From the NCBI GenBank assembly GCA_943788815.1, contig CALSRS010000002.1, positions 573,766 to 637,765 of the forward strand: a DNA stretch of 64,000 nucleotides, given 5' to 3'. The translations under genes were made by a program, and so were the position numbers. The notes below the pieces were generated by a model. That model made no database searches. It was given only the letters and a program-made list of their open reading frames with translations, and was not told where the DNA came from. This document shows positions 36,521-47,274 of the stretch, one piece after another; the stretch's first letter is position 1; every line of letters begins with the position of its first letter. The DNA is from an uncultured Gammaproteobacteria bacterium (lineage in GTDB: Bacteria > Pseudomonadota > Gammaproteobacteria > Eutrophobiales > Eutrophobiaceae).

Positions 36521-38209
36521 ATGGCGAAAACCAATAAAAATAGACATTTGAACGCACTTAAGCCGGGATTTGAGTTGCACTGGTATGGTTTCAGGGAAAT
36601 TCTCGGCCAGGGTGGATTTGGGATTACCTATATAGCCTATGACCGCAACCTGGCCCATGAGGTAGCCATCAAAGAATACATGCCTGTTGACCTTGCAACG
36701 CGGGCACCTGATGACACGGTCGTTCCAATCTCCCCAGAATACCAGGAAAGATATGAATGGGGCCTGGAAAGGTTTATTGATGAAGCACGTACTCTCGCCC
36801 AGTTTGAACATCCAAACATTGTGCGCGTTAGAAATGTTTTTAAAAAAAATAATACTGCATATATGGTAATGGATTATGAATTAGGAGAAAGCCTGCAGGA
36901 AATTTTAAGTCGTAGAAAAGTACTTGAGGAAGAAGACATAGAAACAGTCATGTTTCCTATCATTGATGGGTTAAAATTGGTACATGCACACGGGTTTATA
37001 CATCGAGACATAAAACCTGCAAATATTTTTTTACGTGTAGACGATGATCCTGTACTTCTAGATTTTGGCTCTGCACGACAGGCCCTCGAACAAGGGAAAA
37101 ACTCCATGACGAGTATTTTTTCAAAAGGCTATGCTCCAATCGAACAATACAACACCTCTGAAGATGAGCAGGGACCATGGACAGATATTTATGCTATCGG
37201 TGCCACCATGTTCAGGACTATTGCTGGCATCCCCCCAACTGATGCGATAGACAGAAGCACAGCAATAAGTATCACCTCTCGAGATAGTTACGTTTCTGCC
37301 CTTGAAATAGGTGCAGGTAAGTATTCTGAATCAATGTTAAAAGCAATTGACCATGCTATGGCCTTTAATCGTAATGATCGACCACAAACGATTACTGAAT
37401 GGCTATCTGAATATTCTAAAAAGAAACCCGTGATATCTGATGTCGCACAGGAAATTACAACGGAGTCACAAAACACAGAAACTACTATTGATGAAATAAA
37501 AGCATGTGCAGAGTTTGGAGATATAGATTCCCAGGCAACCCTGGGTTATATATATTCAAAAGGTGTTGAAGTTGAACAAGATCAGATATTGGCGATGAAA
37601 TGGTACGAAATGGCCGCAGATCAAGGACATGTTACGTCCCAATTTAACCTTGGTGTTATATATGCGAAAGGCCGTGGAGTTGAGCAAAATTTTGATAAAG
37701 CGTTTAAATGGTATTCAAAAGCAGCAGAAGCTGGGGATGTAGGTGCGCAAGTCGCATTGTCTTCCATGTTTAATAAAGGGGTCGGAACGAACAAGGATGA
37801 TAGAATGGCATATAAATGGTGCCTGCGTGCAGCAAAACGTGGCCATTTGAATTCCATGTATGACCTGGGAGAAATGTTTCATAAAGGTATTGGCATAAAT
37901 CAGGACAATCAAGAAGCTTATAAATGGTTTAAAAAAGCTGCTGATCAAAATCATATTAAAGCACAAATGACACTTGGCTTTATGTATGGCAAAGGTGAAG
38001 GCATAGATAGGGACGACATTGAGTCCTATCACTGGTACCGAAAGGCTGCAGAAGCTGGCAATCCCTACGCACAATATAATCTTGGTGTAATCTACTCAAA
38101 AGGCAGAGGCATCAACCCAAATATAATCGAAGCAAAAAAATGGTATCAGAAATCTGCTGATCAGGGAAATGAATATGCAGAGAAAGCACTGCAACGTTTA
38201 GGTGGTTAA
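36521..38209 (+). CDS. Hanks-type Ser/Thr protein kinase fused to C-terminal Sel1 (TPR-like) repeats
   Basis: kinase motifs GQGGFG, VAIK, HRDIKPAN, DFG, APIE; about seven Sel1 repeats (A.L..Y..G.GV..D...A..WY.KAA.QG). Confidence 0.85.
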   Translation: MAKTNKNRHLNALKPGFELHWYGFREILGQGGFGITYIAYDRNLAHEVAIKEYMPVDLATRAPDDTVVPISPEYQERYEWGLERFIDEARTLAQFEHPNIVRVRNVFKKNNTAYMVMDYELGESLQEILSRRKVLEEEDIETVMFPIIDGLKLVHAHGFIHRDIKPANIFLRVDDDPVLLDFGSARQALEQGKNSMTSIFSKGYAPIEQYNTSEDEQGPWTDIYAIGATMFRTIAGIPPTDAIDRSTAISITSRDSYVSALEIGAGKYSESMLKAIDHAMAFNRNDRPQTITEWLSEYSKKKPVISDVAQEITTESQNTETTIDEIKACAEFGDIDSQATLGYIYSKGVEVEQDQILAMKWYEMAADQGHVTSQFNLGVIYAKGRGVEQNFDKAFKWYSKAAEAGDVGAQVALSSMFNKGVGTNKDDRMAYKWCLRAAKRGHLNSMYDLGEMFHKGIGINQDNQEAYKWFKKAADQNHIKAQMTLGFMYGKGEGIDRDDIESYHWYRKAAEAGNPYAQYNLGVIYSKGRGINPNIIEAKKWYQKSADQGNEYAEKALQRLGG

Positions 38210-38345
38210 ATTATTTTTTTGATTGTTATTAAAATATGCCACAGCGATCATAAAAGAATATATATAACTAAATGACCTCCGTAGTTTCTGTATCTTAATC
38301 TATACATTGTAAAATTTTTAATATTGTAACTATTAATCAATCAAT

Positions 38346-40040
38346 ATGAATTCAAGCATTAAAGGTATCGTTGATAAGTTCCGAGAACTTGAGATCACAG
38401 AAAATGAATTCGTCCTCGCAACAATCATCGAGACATCTGGCTCAACTTATAGGAAAGCAGGTGCAAGATTACTAATTAGCAATTCTGGATATTTCTACGG
38501 TTTGCTGGGTGGTGGGTGTTTTGAAGCTGACTTAATGGAACATGCCATGCAGGTATTTGATTCACATGAGTCACAAACACTGTTTTATGATATGCGAGGC
38601 CCGGAAGACCTGGTCTGGGGTCTGGGACTAGGTTGTAATGGCGCGGTCAGGATTAGGCTTGAGTATGCCGCTAGAGATAACAACTTTGGTCCTTTATCCA
38701 TGCTGGAATCTGCCTTATTTCTCAATCAGGAATGTATAGTTGCTACGATCAGCGATTCCAAACACGAGACATTAAAACCTGATACTCACCATTTGATCTT
38801 GATTGATGAAGTAATTAGCCAGGATGGTGATTTACCTGAATTACTCTATTCAACTTCTAATGAAATTCTTAAATCAGGAATATCTACTAATAGACGACTA
38901 AGTATCAATGATCATGAGCTTGAAGTATTTTTTTCAATAATCAAACCCTCTACTCACTTAATAATAATAGGAGGGGGACCAGATAGCGTTCCTGTGATAG
39001 AGACTGCTTTGTTACTCGGGTGGTCTGTCACATTGATTGATTACAGAGAAAGTTATACGAAAGCTGAGAATTTTCCAGCAGGAATAAACATTTTAAAATC
39101 AACACCAGATGAACTTGAAGATAATATAGAAATATATAATGCCGACGCCGTCGTCCTGATGACTCATAAATTTGAATATGATCTTAATTATCTGAAAGTA
39201 TTTATTCATACTTCAATACCATACATAGGCCTATTAGGTCCTGTTGCCAGAAAAAATGAAATATTAAAATCACTAACAGGTGAAAATAATATTGACGGCA
39301 GGATATTCGGTCCGGTAGGGCTCAATATTGGTGGAGAACTTCCAGAAGAGATCGCGATTTCTTTGATAGCAGAGATACAAGCTGTCATAAATAATCGGCA
39401 AGGCGGTCACCTTTCACAAAATGAAGCATCAAAAGATATTGATAAGCTTAAGGAAAAAATTTCTATCGTAATTCTTGCAGCTGGTGGGTCAAGCCGGTTT
39501 GGCGCTCTAAAACAGTTACTTGAATACGATGGTAAAAGCCTGCTGAAGAGAAGTGTTGAAACTGCACTATCTCTTGATTGTCATGAAGTAATCGTCGTCC
39601 ACGGACCAAAGGCCACGAAATGTCAGAGGGAATTGACTACGTATAATGTTGAAAATATTGTCAATGAGAATTGGGAGTCTGGCATGGCATCTTCAATAAA
39701 ACTGGGATTTAAAAATATATCTCCGGGCATACAGGCTGTACTCTTAATTCTTTGTGATCAACCTCTAATTAACCATGAGATGCTAAATAATTTAATCATC
39801 GCCTGGAGTGCTGATAAGACTAGAATTATTGCAAGTAAATATTCTTCGACAATTGGTGTGCCTGCATTAATTCCAGATAATTATTATAATGACATTAAAA
39901 AATTAACTGGAGACACAGGCGCCAAAAATATCCTTTCAGAAAATGTTCAGAATGTTACAACTATATTATTGCCTGAAGCTGAATTTGACATTGATACAGA
40001 AAAAGATTTTTCGGAATTGCTTGGAAGAAAATTTACCTGA
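38346..40040 (+). CDS. XdhC/CoxI-family molybdoenzyme maturation factor fused to MobA/MocA-like molybdenum cofactor nucleotidyltransferase
   Basis: N-terminal XdhC_CoxI (ATIIETSGSTYRKAGARLLI...GGGCFE), central XdhC Rossmann (LIIIGGGP), C-terminal NTP-transferase (ILAAGGSSRFGALKQLL). Confidence 0.75.
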   Translation: MNSSIKGIVDKFRELEITENEFVLATIIETSGSTYRKAGARLLISNSGYFYGLLGGGCFEADLMEHAMQVFDSHESQTLFYDMRGPEDLVWGLGLGCNGAVRIRLEYAARDNNFGPLSMLESALFLNQECIVATISDSKHETLKPDTHHLILIDEVISQDGDLPELLYSTSNEILKSGISTNRRLSINDHELEVFFSIIKPSTHLIIIGGGPDSVPVIETALLLGWSVTLIDYRESYTKAENFPAGINILKSTPDELEDNIEIYNADAVVLMTHKFEYDLNYLKVFIHTSIPYIGLLGPVARKNEILKSLTGENNIDGRIFGPVGLNIGGELPEEIAISLIAEIQAVINNRQGGHLSQNEASKDIDKLKEKISIVILAAGGSSRFGALKQLLEYDGKSLLKRSVETALSLDCHEVIVVHGPKATKCQRELTTYNVENIVNENWESGMASSIKLGFKNISPGIQAVLLILCDQPLINHEMLNNLIIAWSADKTRIIASKYSSTIGVPALIPDNYYNDIKKLTGDTGAKNILSENVQNVTTILLPEAEFDIDTEKDFSELLGRKFT

Positions 40041-40051
40041 CAAAACACTAT

Positions 40052-41224
40052 TTATTCATCTAAAAATAATTTAATCTCATCCATTCTTTGTTCAGCATCC
40101 TGCTCCCCCATCTTGATTAAATGTTGAAGATAATCAGATTGGAACATTACTAAACTTAACATATCTGTTGACTGAGACTCCTGGGTTCCCCAACCTCTGG
40201 TCATGAACCTGAATGCGCGAGGTAATTGAGGTTCATACTGCGCAGCAAGATCACCTAGATCTTCTGATGGTCTTAATAATAATAGTTTTACTTGCTCAAG
40301 GTTCTCAGGATTATCTCCATTTCTGGTAGCAACTAATTGGTTTATTCGTTCTAATCGTAATGCATCATTATCAAATACATCCAGAAAAATAGCACTATAC
40401 ATAGCACCCATTACTTTGGCAGGTGATGGGTAATCGTCAATACTTACATTTTGATCTTCCAGATCTGGAGAAATATGACGAGTTGATATGGCTAGTAATT
40501 TTTTTGCTCCCATATGAATTGCAGGGGCGAGTGGCGCCGTCAGTCTGATTCCTCCATCGCCATACCAACTTCCATTCACGTAGACCGACGGAAACAACAT
40601 GGGTAATGATGCTGATGCCATGATATGTTCAATTGTAAGGTTAGAATTAATACTCTTGCGATGTCCCCTCTCCCATTCTTCCATATTAGTGCCATGTACC
40701 CAGGAGATGGATTGACCAGTGGTATAACTGGATGCAGTTAGCGCAATGGCTTTTAGGCATCCGTCGCTAATATTCCTGTCTATTCCTTTGAGAATTCCTT
40801 GTTGAGGCTTAAGTATCTCTTCCAACAAATGTTTTAAGGGTGATGTATCAACAAGACTACGAGTTTCAACTGCGTTTGAAGCGCTGCCCAATATTAACCT
40901 TAATCCCCAACGAAATACGTGACCAATAATTGATGCAGAATCGACACGAAAGACATGATCTATAGTCAACGTGCTCCATATATCTACCAGGCGATTAATT
41001 TTTTCATTTAAATTTCCTGACTCATTTGCAAGAAATGCTGCATTGATCGCACCTGAAGAAACGCCAGTTATATAAGGAAAACAGAGTTCAGGATAATGTT
41101 TTGATAAGGTCCTTAAAAAACCAACCTGATACGCAGCCCGCGCACCACCACCGCTCATCACTAGTCCAAGATCGTTATTAATTTCCTGTTTTATTTGCAT
41201 TTTTTCCAAATAATAACTTATCAA
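40052..41224 (-). CDS. patatin-like phospholipase
   Basis: oxyanion hole GGGARAAY, nucleophile elbow GVSSG, catalytic Asp DGG. Confidence 0.85.
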   Translation of the reverse strand: MISYYLEKMQIKQEINNDLGLVMSGGGARAAYQVGFLRTLSKHYPELCFPYITGVSSGAINAAFLANESGNLNEKINRLVDIWSTLTIDHVFRVDSASIIGHVFRWGLRLILGSASNAVETRSLVDTSPLKHLLEEILKPQQGILKGIDRNISDGCLKAIALTASSYTTGQSISWVHGTNMEEWERGHRKSINSNLTIEHIMASASLPMLFPSVYVNGSWYGDGGIRLTAPLAPAIHMGAKKLLAISTRHISPDLEDQNVSIDDYPSPAKVMGAMYSAIFLDVFDNDALRLERINQLVATRNGDNPENLEQVKLLLLRPSEDLGDLAAQYEPQLPRAFRFMTRGWGTQESQSTDMLSLVMFQSDYLQHLIKMGEQDAEQRMDEIKLFLDE

Positions 41225-41292
41225 ATCTAGTTATTGTGATACAGACATTCAGATTCTGTTATTGTGTTTATTATTAAATTTAGTTTGATCAG

Positions 41293-41838
41293 ATGGAATC
41301 ATTGTTACACAAATTTTATGCTGCGAGTATCTCCATCGGAGCAGATGGAAGTATGCTGGTATCCAGCACAAAAGATCGAGTACTGATATGGGGAGCGATT
41401 TTCTGCTTCACAGCATCTGCCTGTCTCATATGCTGGCTAATTTGGAGAAACAGGCACATAGGTATGGCCGCTATAATTTGCTTTGTTTTTTCCCTGCTAA
41501 TTCCTGCCTTGATAATTCCATCTGTTCGCCATGAATATATACACGTAACTCCGCAATTAATTACAATAGAATCCGGTGAATGGTACAAGTCATCTAAAAC
41601 TGTACTTAAGATGACAAACCTTCACCAAATTAAAGAATCTGATAATCAGGGTTTATTGCCAGGAAACCTGATTGGAGATCCAAATGTCAGCTGGCATCTC
41701 ACCCGGTTAGATGGAAACAGGGAAGAAATGGAATTAAATCAGTTTTTTAATGCCCACCGAATGGTCGTTGCCTACTACTTTATTGATAGAGGCTTCTGGG
41801 TTGAAAGGCTGGAAGATCAGTCAAGAACAAGCTATTGA
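41293..41838 (+). CDS. hypothetical membrane protein (two predicted TM helices plus soluble C-terminal domain)
   Basis: hydrophobic segments; no recognisable family. Confidence 0.4.
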   Translation: MESLLHKFYAASISIGADGSMLVSSTKDRVLIWGAIFCFTASACLICWLIWRNRHIGMAAIICFVFSLLIPALIIPSVRHEYIHVTPQLITIESGEWYKSSKTVLKMTNLHQIKESDNQGLLPGNLIGDPNVSWHLTRLDGNREEMELNQFFNAHRMVVAYYFIDRGFWVERLEDQSRTSY

Positions 41839-41844
41839 TTATTA

Positions 41845-42255
41845 TCAAGCCGCATTATCTCCACCACCATGAGGTCCAAATTCTTCGCGTAGATACCTGC
41901 TAAAATGCATATATGCATCTGACTCTGTAAAAATCCCTACCAGTTTTGAATTTTTGGTTATCAAAACCGTATCAAGCCGCTTATCAGCCATAATTTCAAG
42001 AACGTTATCCAATCGCTCGTTTAAATCAAAAACTTGGGGTGAACTAAGGTTTAAATCACCAATTGATTCATAATTTTGATTCTCAAAAACCCGAGCATCA
42101 ATTAATCCAACTATATTGTCTCCATCGATTACTGGTAAATGATGTATCTCGTGTTGATGCATATATATTTTGGCATCACACAGCAGTGTATTAATCCCCA
42201 CTGAATAGGGAAAGGGCGTCATTATGGTCTTTATTAGAGGGATTTTGGTAAACAT
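41845..42255 (-). CDS. CBS-domain pair protein
   Basis: two CBS motifs (HHLPVIDGDNIVGLI; LDTVLITKNSKLVGIFTESD). Confidence 0.7.
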   Translation of the reverse strand: MFTKIPLIKTIMTPFPYSVGINTLLCDAKIYMHQHEIHHLPVIDGDNIVGLIDARVFENQNYESIGDLNLSSPQVFDLNERLDNVLEIMADKRLDTVLITKNSKLVGIFTESDAYMHFSRYLREEFGPHGGGDNAA

Positions 42256-42279
42256 ATTTAATTTACCTGGTGAACTGCA

Positions 42280-43086
42280 TTAGCGCAGACCTAATACATC
42301 CTGCATATCAAATAAACCCAACTTTTTTTCGGTTATCCAATCGGCGGCAAGTAAGGCCCCTGATGCAAAGTTTCTTCTGTTAGTAGCCTTGTGGGTAATC
42401 TCAACCCTTTCTCCTTGCATTCCAAACATTACGGTATGATCACCTACAATGTCACCTGCTCGAATGGTTTCAAATCCGATTGTTTTTCTATCCCTTTCAC
42501 CAGTTATTCCTTCGCGACCATATACTGCACACTCACTTAAATTTCGACCTAAAGTATCCGCAATAATTTCACCTAGTCTAACTGCGGTACCAGAAGGAGA
42601 ATCTTTTTTCATCCTATGGTGTGCCTCGATAATTTCTATATCTGATTGTTCACCTATAATTTCTGCTGCAAGCTCGGCGAGTTTAAAACATAAATTCACA
42701 CCTATGCTCATATTTGGAGCGAATACGATACCAATCGATTCACCCGCAAGCTGGATAGTTTGTTTTTGCTCCTTGTTGAGTCCGGTAGTCCCAATCACCA
42801 TAGCTTTTTGGCCAGAGACACATTGCTCTAAGTTACTTAGTGTTGCCTCTGGTAGTGTAAAATCGATAATAACGTCAAAATCATCTAATACATCCAAAAT
42901 TTCAGAAACTATTTTGATCTCATTGGTGCCAATGCCTGCCAATTCACCTGAATCCATCCCCAAGCAGGGCGAATCAGAATGTTCAATCGCTGCTGTAACA
43001 TTAATATTTTCCATTTCTGAACAGGTTTCAATTATCGTTTTGCCCATCCGCCCGGCAGCGCCGCAAACTGCAATTCTGGTCGTCAT
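42280..43086 (-). CDS. dapB: 4-hydroxy-tetrahydrodipicolinate reductase
   Basis: IAVCGAAGRMG N-terminus, EAHHRMKKDSPSGTA motif; 268 aa. Confidence 0.92.
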   Translation of the reverse strand: MTTRIAVCGAAGRMGKTIIETCSEMENINVTAAIEHSDSPCLGMDSGELAGIGTNEIKIVSEILDVLDDFDVIIDFTLPEATLSNLEQCVSGQKAMVIGTTGLNKEQKQTIQLAGESIGIVFAPNMSIGVNLCFKLAELAAEIIGEQSDIEIIEAHHRMKKDSPSGTAVRLGEIIADTLGRNLSECAVYGREGITGERDRKTIGFETIRAGDIVGDHTVMFGMQGERVEITHKATNRRNFASGALLAADWITEKKLGLFDMQDVLGLR

Positions 43087-43231
43087 TTTTTCTCTTCTTG
43101 ATTAACTGTTAGTTCTATATAAAAGACATTAATTCGAAGTATATATAACTCTTAATAGAGTTGTTACTCTGAAATTAGAATTAATCCCCAAGAATATAAT
43201 ATTGGGTCAAACAGACTGTATGAATCAATAT

Positions 43232-44359
43232 TTAAGGGGTTAGATTTTCAAAGAAGTCTTTTACGCCATCAAGCCAGGATTTTGATTTGGGACTATGATG
43301 TTTCGCATTATTTGCCATCGACTGTTCTAGTTCTTCGAGTAGTTCTTTTTGCCTTTTATCGAGCTTAACTGGTGTTTCTACAGCAACCTTGCAAAGCAAA
43401 TCACCAATACTTGATGAACGGACAGAACGAACCCCTTTCCCACGCAATCGAAATAACTTCCCTGTCTGAGTTTCTGATGGAATCTTCAGGGTTACGCGGC
43501 CATTTAGTGTAGGTACTTCTATTTCGCCGCCCAGTGCGGCCATGGTAAAACTTATGGGGACATTACAATGTAAATTTGTGCCTTCACGTGTAAAGATAGG
43601 ATGATCTCGCACGATGACATGGACATAAAGGTCACCTGATGGACCACCTTTTTCACCTGCTTCTCCTTCTCCAGTCAGCCTAACTCTATCACCGGTATCC
43701 ACACCAGGTGGAATTTTTACTGAGATGGTTTTATTGTCCCTGACCCGGCCTTTACCATGACAGGACCCACATGGATCGGAAATAATCTTACCTTGACCAC
43801 GGCACTGTGGACAGGTTTGCTGGATAGAGAAAAAACCCTGCTGCATCCTTACCTGCCCCATGCCATTACACGTAGGACAATCTGCAGGAGTGGATCCCTT
43901 TTTTGCGCCACTGCCACTACAAATAGTGCATGTAGTGAGTTTACCAACACGGATTTTAGTAGTAGCCCCGTTAATGGCTTCTTCCAGGCTTAAATCCAGG
44001 TCATACCTGAGATCAGCACCGCGATAAACTCTTTCGCCGCCTCCTCGACCACCGCCGAAGATATCACCGAATACACTATCAAAAATATCACCGACACCTC
44101 CGGCGTTGGCGTGTCCGCCTGCAAAGCTGCCTTCTACACCAGCATGCCCAAACTGATCATAAGCTGCTCGTTTTTGAGCATCACTAAGCACATCATAAGC
44201 TTCTTTGGCCTCTTTAAATTTGTTTTCTGCATCAGCGTCATCTGAATTGCGATCGGGATGATATTTCATCGCCAGCCGACGATAAGCTTTCTTTAATTCA
44301 GCTTCTGGGACGTTTTTAGATACGCCGAGAACGTCATAATAATCACGCTTTGAAGACAT
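43232..44359 (-). CDS. dnaJ: molecular chaperone DnaJ
   Basis: J-domain with HPD, G/F-rich region, four CxxCxGxG zinc-finger repeats. Confidence 0.95.
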   Translation of the reverse strand: MSSKRDYYDVLGVSKNVPEAELKKAYRRLAMKYHPDRNSDDADAENKFKEAKEAYDVLSDAQKRAAYDQFGHAGVEGSFAGGHANAGGVGDIFDSVFGDIFGGGRGGGERVYRGADLRYDLDLSLEEAINGATTKIRVGKLTTCTICSGSGAKKGSTPADCPTCNGMGQVRMQQGFFSIQQTCPQCRGQGKIISDPCGSCHGKGRVRDNKTISVKIPPGVDTGDRVRLTGEGEAGEKGGPSGDLYVHVIVRDHPIFTREGTNLHCNVPISFTMAALGGEIEVPTLNGRVTLKIPSETQTGKLFRLRGKGVRSVRSSSIGDLLCKVAVETPVKLDKRQKELLEELEQSMANNAKHHSPKSKSWLDGVKDFFENLTP

Positions 44360-44387
44360 ACTTTAACTCTGATCGTTTTCTATTCTT

Positions 44388-44418
44388 AAATAACAAACCC
44401 GGGGTAACTTCCCCCGGG
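44388..44418 (-). terminator. GC hairpin (CCCGGGG-7nt-CCCCGGG) followed by T-tract on the minus strand between dnaK and dnaJ
   Basis: direct inspection; typical partial terminator position in dnaK-dnaJ operons. Confidence 0.6.
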
Positions 44419-44461
44419 CTCTATTAATGACTATTTTTCCAGCGCGTAGCTTAACAGAAAA

Positions 44462-46390
44462 TTATTTTTTATCTTCGTCAACTTCCTCGAATTCAGCATC
44501 TACGACATCGTCTTCCGAATTCGCACTTTCTGTACTACCGGCATCTGCAGAATCTGCACTCGCTTGCTCAGAGGTCTCCTGGTAGGCTTTTTCTGCCAAC
44601 TTTCCTGCAAGTTCTGTCAGCTTCTTGGTTTTATCCTCAATTTCAGACTTGTTATCACCTTTTAGACTTTCTTCCACCTCATTGATTGCCGCTTCAATTT
44701 CAGTTTTTTCAGTTTCCTCAGCTTTATCACCTAGCTCTTCAAGAGATTTCCTGGTTGCATGAACCATATTTTCTGCCATGTTACGTGTTTCTACCAGTTC
44801 CTTGGTAATCCTGTCTTCTTCTGCATGCGCCTCTGCGTCTTTGACCATCTTGTCTATTTCATCATCAGATAAACCGCTAGAGGCCTTAATAATTATTGAT
44901 TGTTCTTTACCTGTTGCCTTGTCCTTTGCTGATACATTTAGAATTCCATTTGCATCTATATTGAATCCCACTTCAATTTGAGGTGCCCCTCTAGGTGCCG
45001 GTGGAATATCTGATAAATCAAACCTGCCCAATGACTTATTACCCGTGGCAATTTCTCGCTCACCCTGTAAGACATGTACCGTCACTGCAGTCTGGTTGTC
45101 CTCAGCCGTAGAAAAGACCTGCTGTGCCTTAGTGGGTATAGTGGTGTTTTTTTCTATCAACTTGGTCATCACGCCACCTAAGGTTTCAATCCCGAGTGAT
45201 AAAGGTGTCACATCCAGCAACAAGACATCTTTTACGTCCCCGCCTAAAACACCAGCCTGTATAGCTGCTCCACAAGCAACTGCTTCATCAGGATTTACGT
45301 CTTTTCGTGATTCCTGACCAAAGATCTTTGTCACCGTTTCCTGAACCTTGGGCATACGGGTTTGCCCCCCAACCAGAATCACATCTGTTATTTCAGATTT
45401 GTCCAGTCCCGCATCCTGCAATGCCACCTGGCAGGGATCTATCGTTCGGTCAATCAATTCATCAACAAGTGACTCAAGTTTTGCCCGTGACAGTTTTATA
45501 TTCAGATGCTTAGGCCCTGTAGCGTCTGCGGTAATATATGGAAGATTAATATCTGTTTGTGTACTTGAAGACAATTCAATTTTAGCTTTTTCAGCAGCTT
45601 CCTTTAACCTTTGCAATGCAAGCGGGTCACTATGCAAGTCGACACCCTGCTCTTTTTTATATTCCTCACAAAGATAATCAATTATGCGCAAATCAAAATC
45701 CTCACCGCCCAGGAAGGTATCGCCATTTGTAGATAGCACTTCAAATTGATGCTCACCATCTACTTCTGCAATCTCAATAATTGAAATATCAAATGTACCA
45801 CCGCCGAGGTCATAGACGACAATTTTTGCATCACCTTGCTTCTTATCCATTCCATAAGCCAAAGCTGCCGCGGTTGGTTCGTTGATAATTCTTCTGACAT
45901 CAAGGCCCGCTATACGACCGGCATCCTTGGTGGCCTGACGTTGTGAGTCATTAAAATATGCTGGCACAGTAATAACGGCTTCCTTGACCTCTTCACCGAG
46001 ATAATCCTCTGCCGTTTTTTTCATTTTCATTAGTACTCTGGCAGAAACCTCCGGTGGGGCCATTTTTTTGCCATTGACTTCGACCCACGCATCACCATTA
46101 TCTGCCTTGATAATTTTATATGGGACCATATCGATATCTTTTTGCACGACGTCATCTTCAAATCGCCTTCCAATCAGTCGTTTTACTGCAAATAAAGTGT
46201 TATCCGGATTTGTAACTGATTGCCGTTTTGCAGATTGCCCAACCAGCACCTCATCATCTGCTGTAAAAGCAATAATTGAGGGAGTGGTTCGTCCACCTTC
46301 ACTGTTTTCGATGACCTTGGCTACGCCACCTTCGAGCACAGCAACACACGAATTTGTGGTTCCAAGGTCAATTCCGATAATCTTTGCCAT
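44462..46390 (-). CDS. dnaK: molecular chaperone DnaK (Hsp70)
   Basis: [22 protein letters not shown] signatures; 642 aa. Confidence 0.97.
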   Translation of the reverse strand: MAKIIGIDLGTTNSCVAVLEGGVAKVIENSEGGRTTPSIIAFTADDEVLVGQSAKRQSVTNPDNTLFAVKRLIGRRFEDDVVQKDIDMVPYKIIKADNGDAWVEVNGKKMAPPEVSARVLMKMKKTAEDYLGEEVKEAVITVPAYFNDSQRQATKDAGRIAGLDVRRIINEPTAAALAYGMDKKQGDAKIVVYDLGGGTFDISIIEIAEVDGEHQFEVLSTNGDTFLGGEDFDLRIIDYLCEEYKKEQGVDLHSDPLALQRLKEAAEKAKIELSSSTQTDINLPYITADATGPKHLNIKLSRAKLESLVDELIDRTIDPCQVALQDAGLDKSEITDVILVGGQTRMPKVQETVTKIFGQESRKDVNPDEAVACGAAIQAGVLGGDVKDVLLLDVTPLSLGIETLGGVMTKLIEKNTTIPTKAQQVFSTAEDNQTAVTVHVLQGEREIATGNKSLGRFDLSDIPPAPRGAPQIEVGFNIDANGILNVSAKDKATGKEQSIIIKASSGLSDDEIDKMVKDAEAHAEEDRITKELVETRNMAENMVHATRKSLEELGDKAEETEKTEIEAAINEVEESLKGDNKSEIEDKTKKLTELAGKLAEKAYQETSEQASADSADAGSTESANSEDDVVDAEFEEVDEDKK

Positions 46391-46462
46391 TGTTACATTC
46401 TCCAGATAATTACATAAGTTATTGAATTACTTAATTTTTAATATTTTATATTTCAGATATAT

Positions 46463-46491
46463 ATATGAGGACATCATCCCCATTTTTCAAG
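46463..46491 (-). promoter_or_regulatory. sigma-32 (RpoH)-type heat-shock promoter upstream of dnaK: CTTGAAA-N14-CCTCATAT
   Basis: reverse complement of 46463-46491 matches consensus TTGAAA-N13-15-CCCCATNT at 6/7 fixed -10 positions. Confidence 0.5.
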
Positions 46492-46565
46492 GTAGGGATG
46501 AAAATTATTATAAGCTAACTGCTGTGATGCCCCGGAAAATCAGGATGATACAAAGCAATCTCTTG

Positions 46566-47189
46566 CTATTTTGCAACCACGACCATGGCTGGACGTATTA
46601 ACCTGCCATTTAATTCATACCCTTTCTGGAGAACAGTAATGATAATTCCAGATTCTGCTTCTGCTGTTTCTGCCATAGAAACAGCATTATGTAGTTCAGG
46701 GTTGAATTTCTCTCCCTGTGGGTCTACGACTCCTACACCAAACTTTTCCAATGTATCTGTAAATTTCTTCAATGTCAGATTCATTCCTTCCAGGATACTT
46801 TCCGAGTTACTGACAGCTTCTGTAGCCTGAATGCCAAGAACCAGGCTATCAATCACTGGCAGAAGTTCATTCACAAATTTTTCTAATGCGTATTTATGTG
46901 CATTTTCGATATCACGGGATGTGCGTTTTCTCAGGTTTTCCATCTCGGCCTGGGTCAATTGCGCAAGCTCTAGATTTTCCTCGGCTTTTTTCATTGCCGC
47001 TTCAAGATCCTGACTTAATTGTTCTTCTATTGAGTTGGCCTCATCTTCTGTAATTTCAATTTCGTCGTCTTCTGGCCGAGTTGTGCTCAATATACCTGTA
47101 TCGCCCACATTCTGAGAATTATCAGAAATCTTATTTTCGCCGCCTTCAGGGCTTAATTCATCTTCCATATTTTGTTTTTTTCCTGACAT
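46566..47189 (-). CDS. grpE: nucleotide exchange factor GrpE
   Basis: 207 aa, coiled-coil plus C-terminal beta domain; hrcA-grpE-dnaK-dnaJ context. Confidence 0.9.
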   Translation of the reverse strand: MSGKKQNMEDELSPEGGENKISDNSQNVGDTGILSTTRPEDDEIEITEDEANSIEEQLSQDLEAAMKKAEENLELAQLTQAEMENLRKRTSRDIENAHKYALEKFVNELLPVIDSLVLGIQATEAVSNSESILEGMNLTLKKFTDTLEKFGVGVVDPQGEKFNPELHNAVSMAETAEAESGIIITVLQKGYELNGRLIRPAMVVVAK

Positions 47190-47274
47190 TTTGATTTAAT
47201 CAACTCATTATTTTAGGGACAATTATTCTCTACATGCACACATAAAATAATTATGTAAATAGAGTATGTATGGG

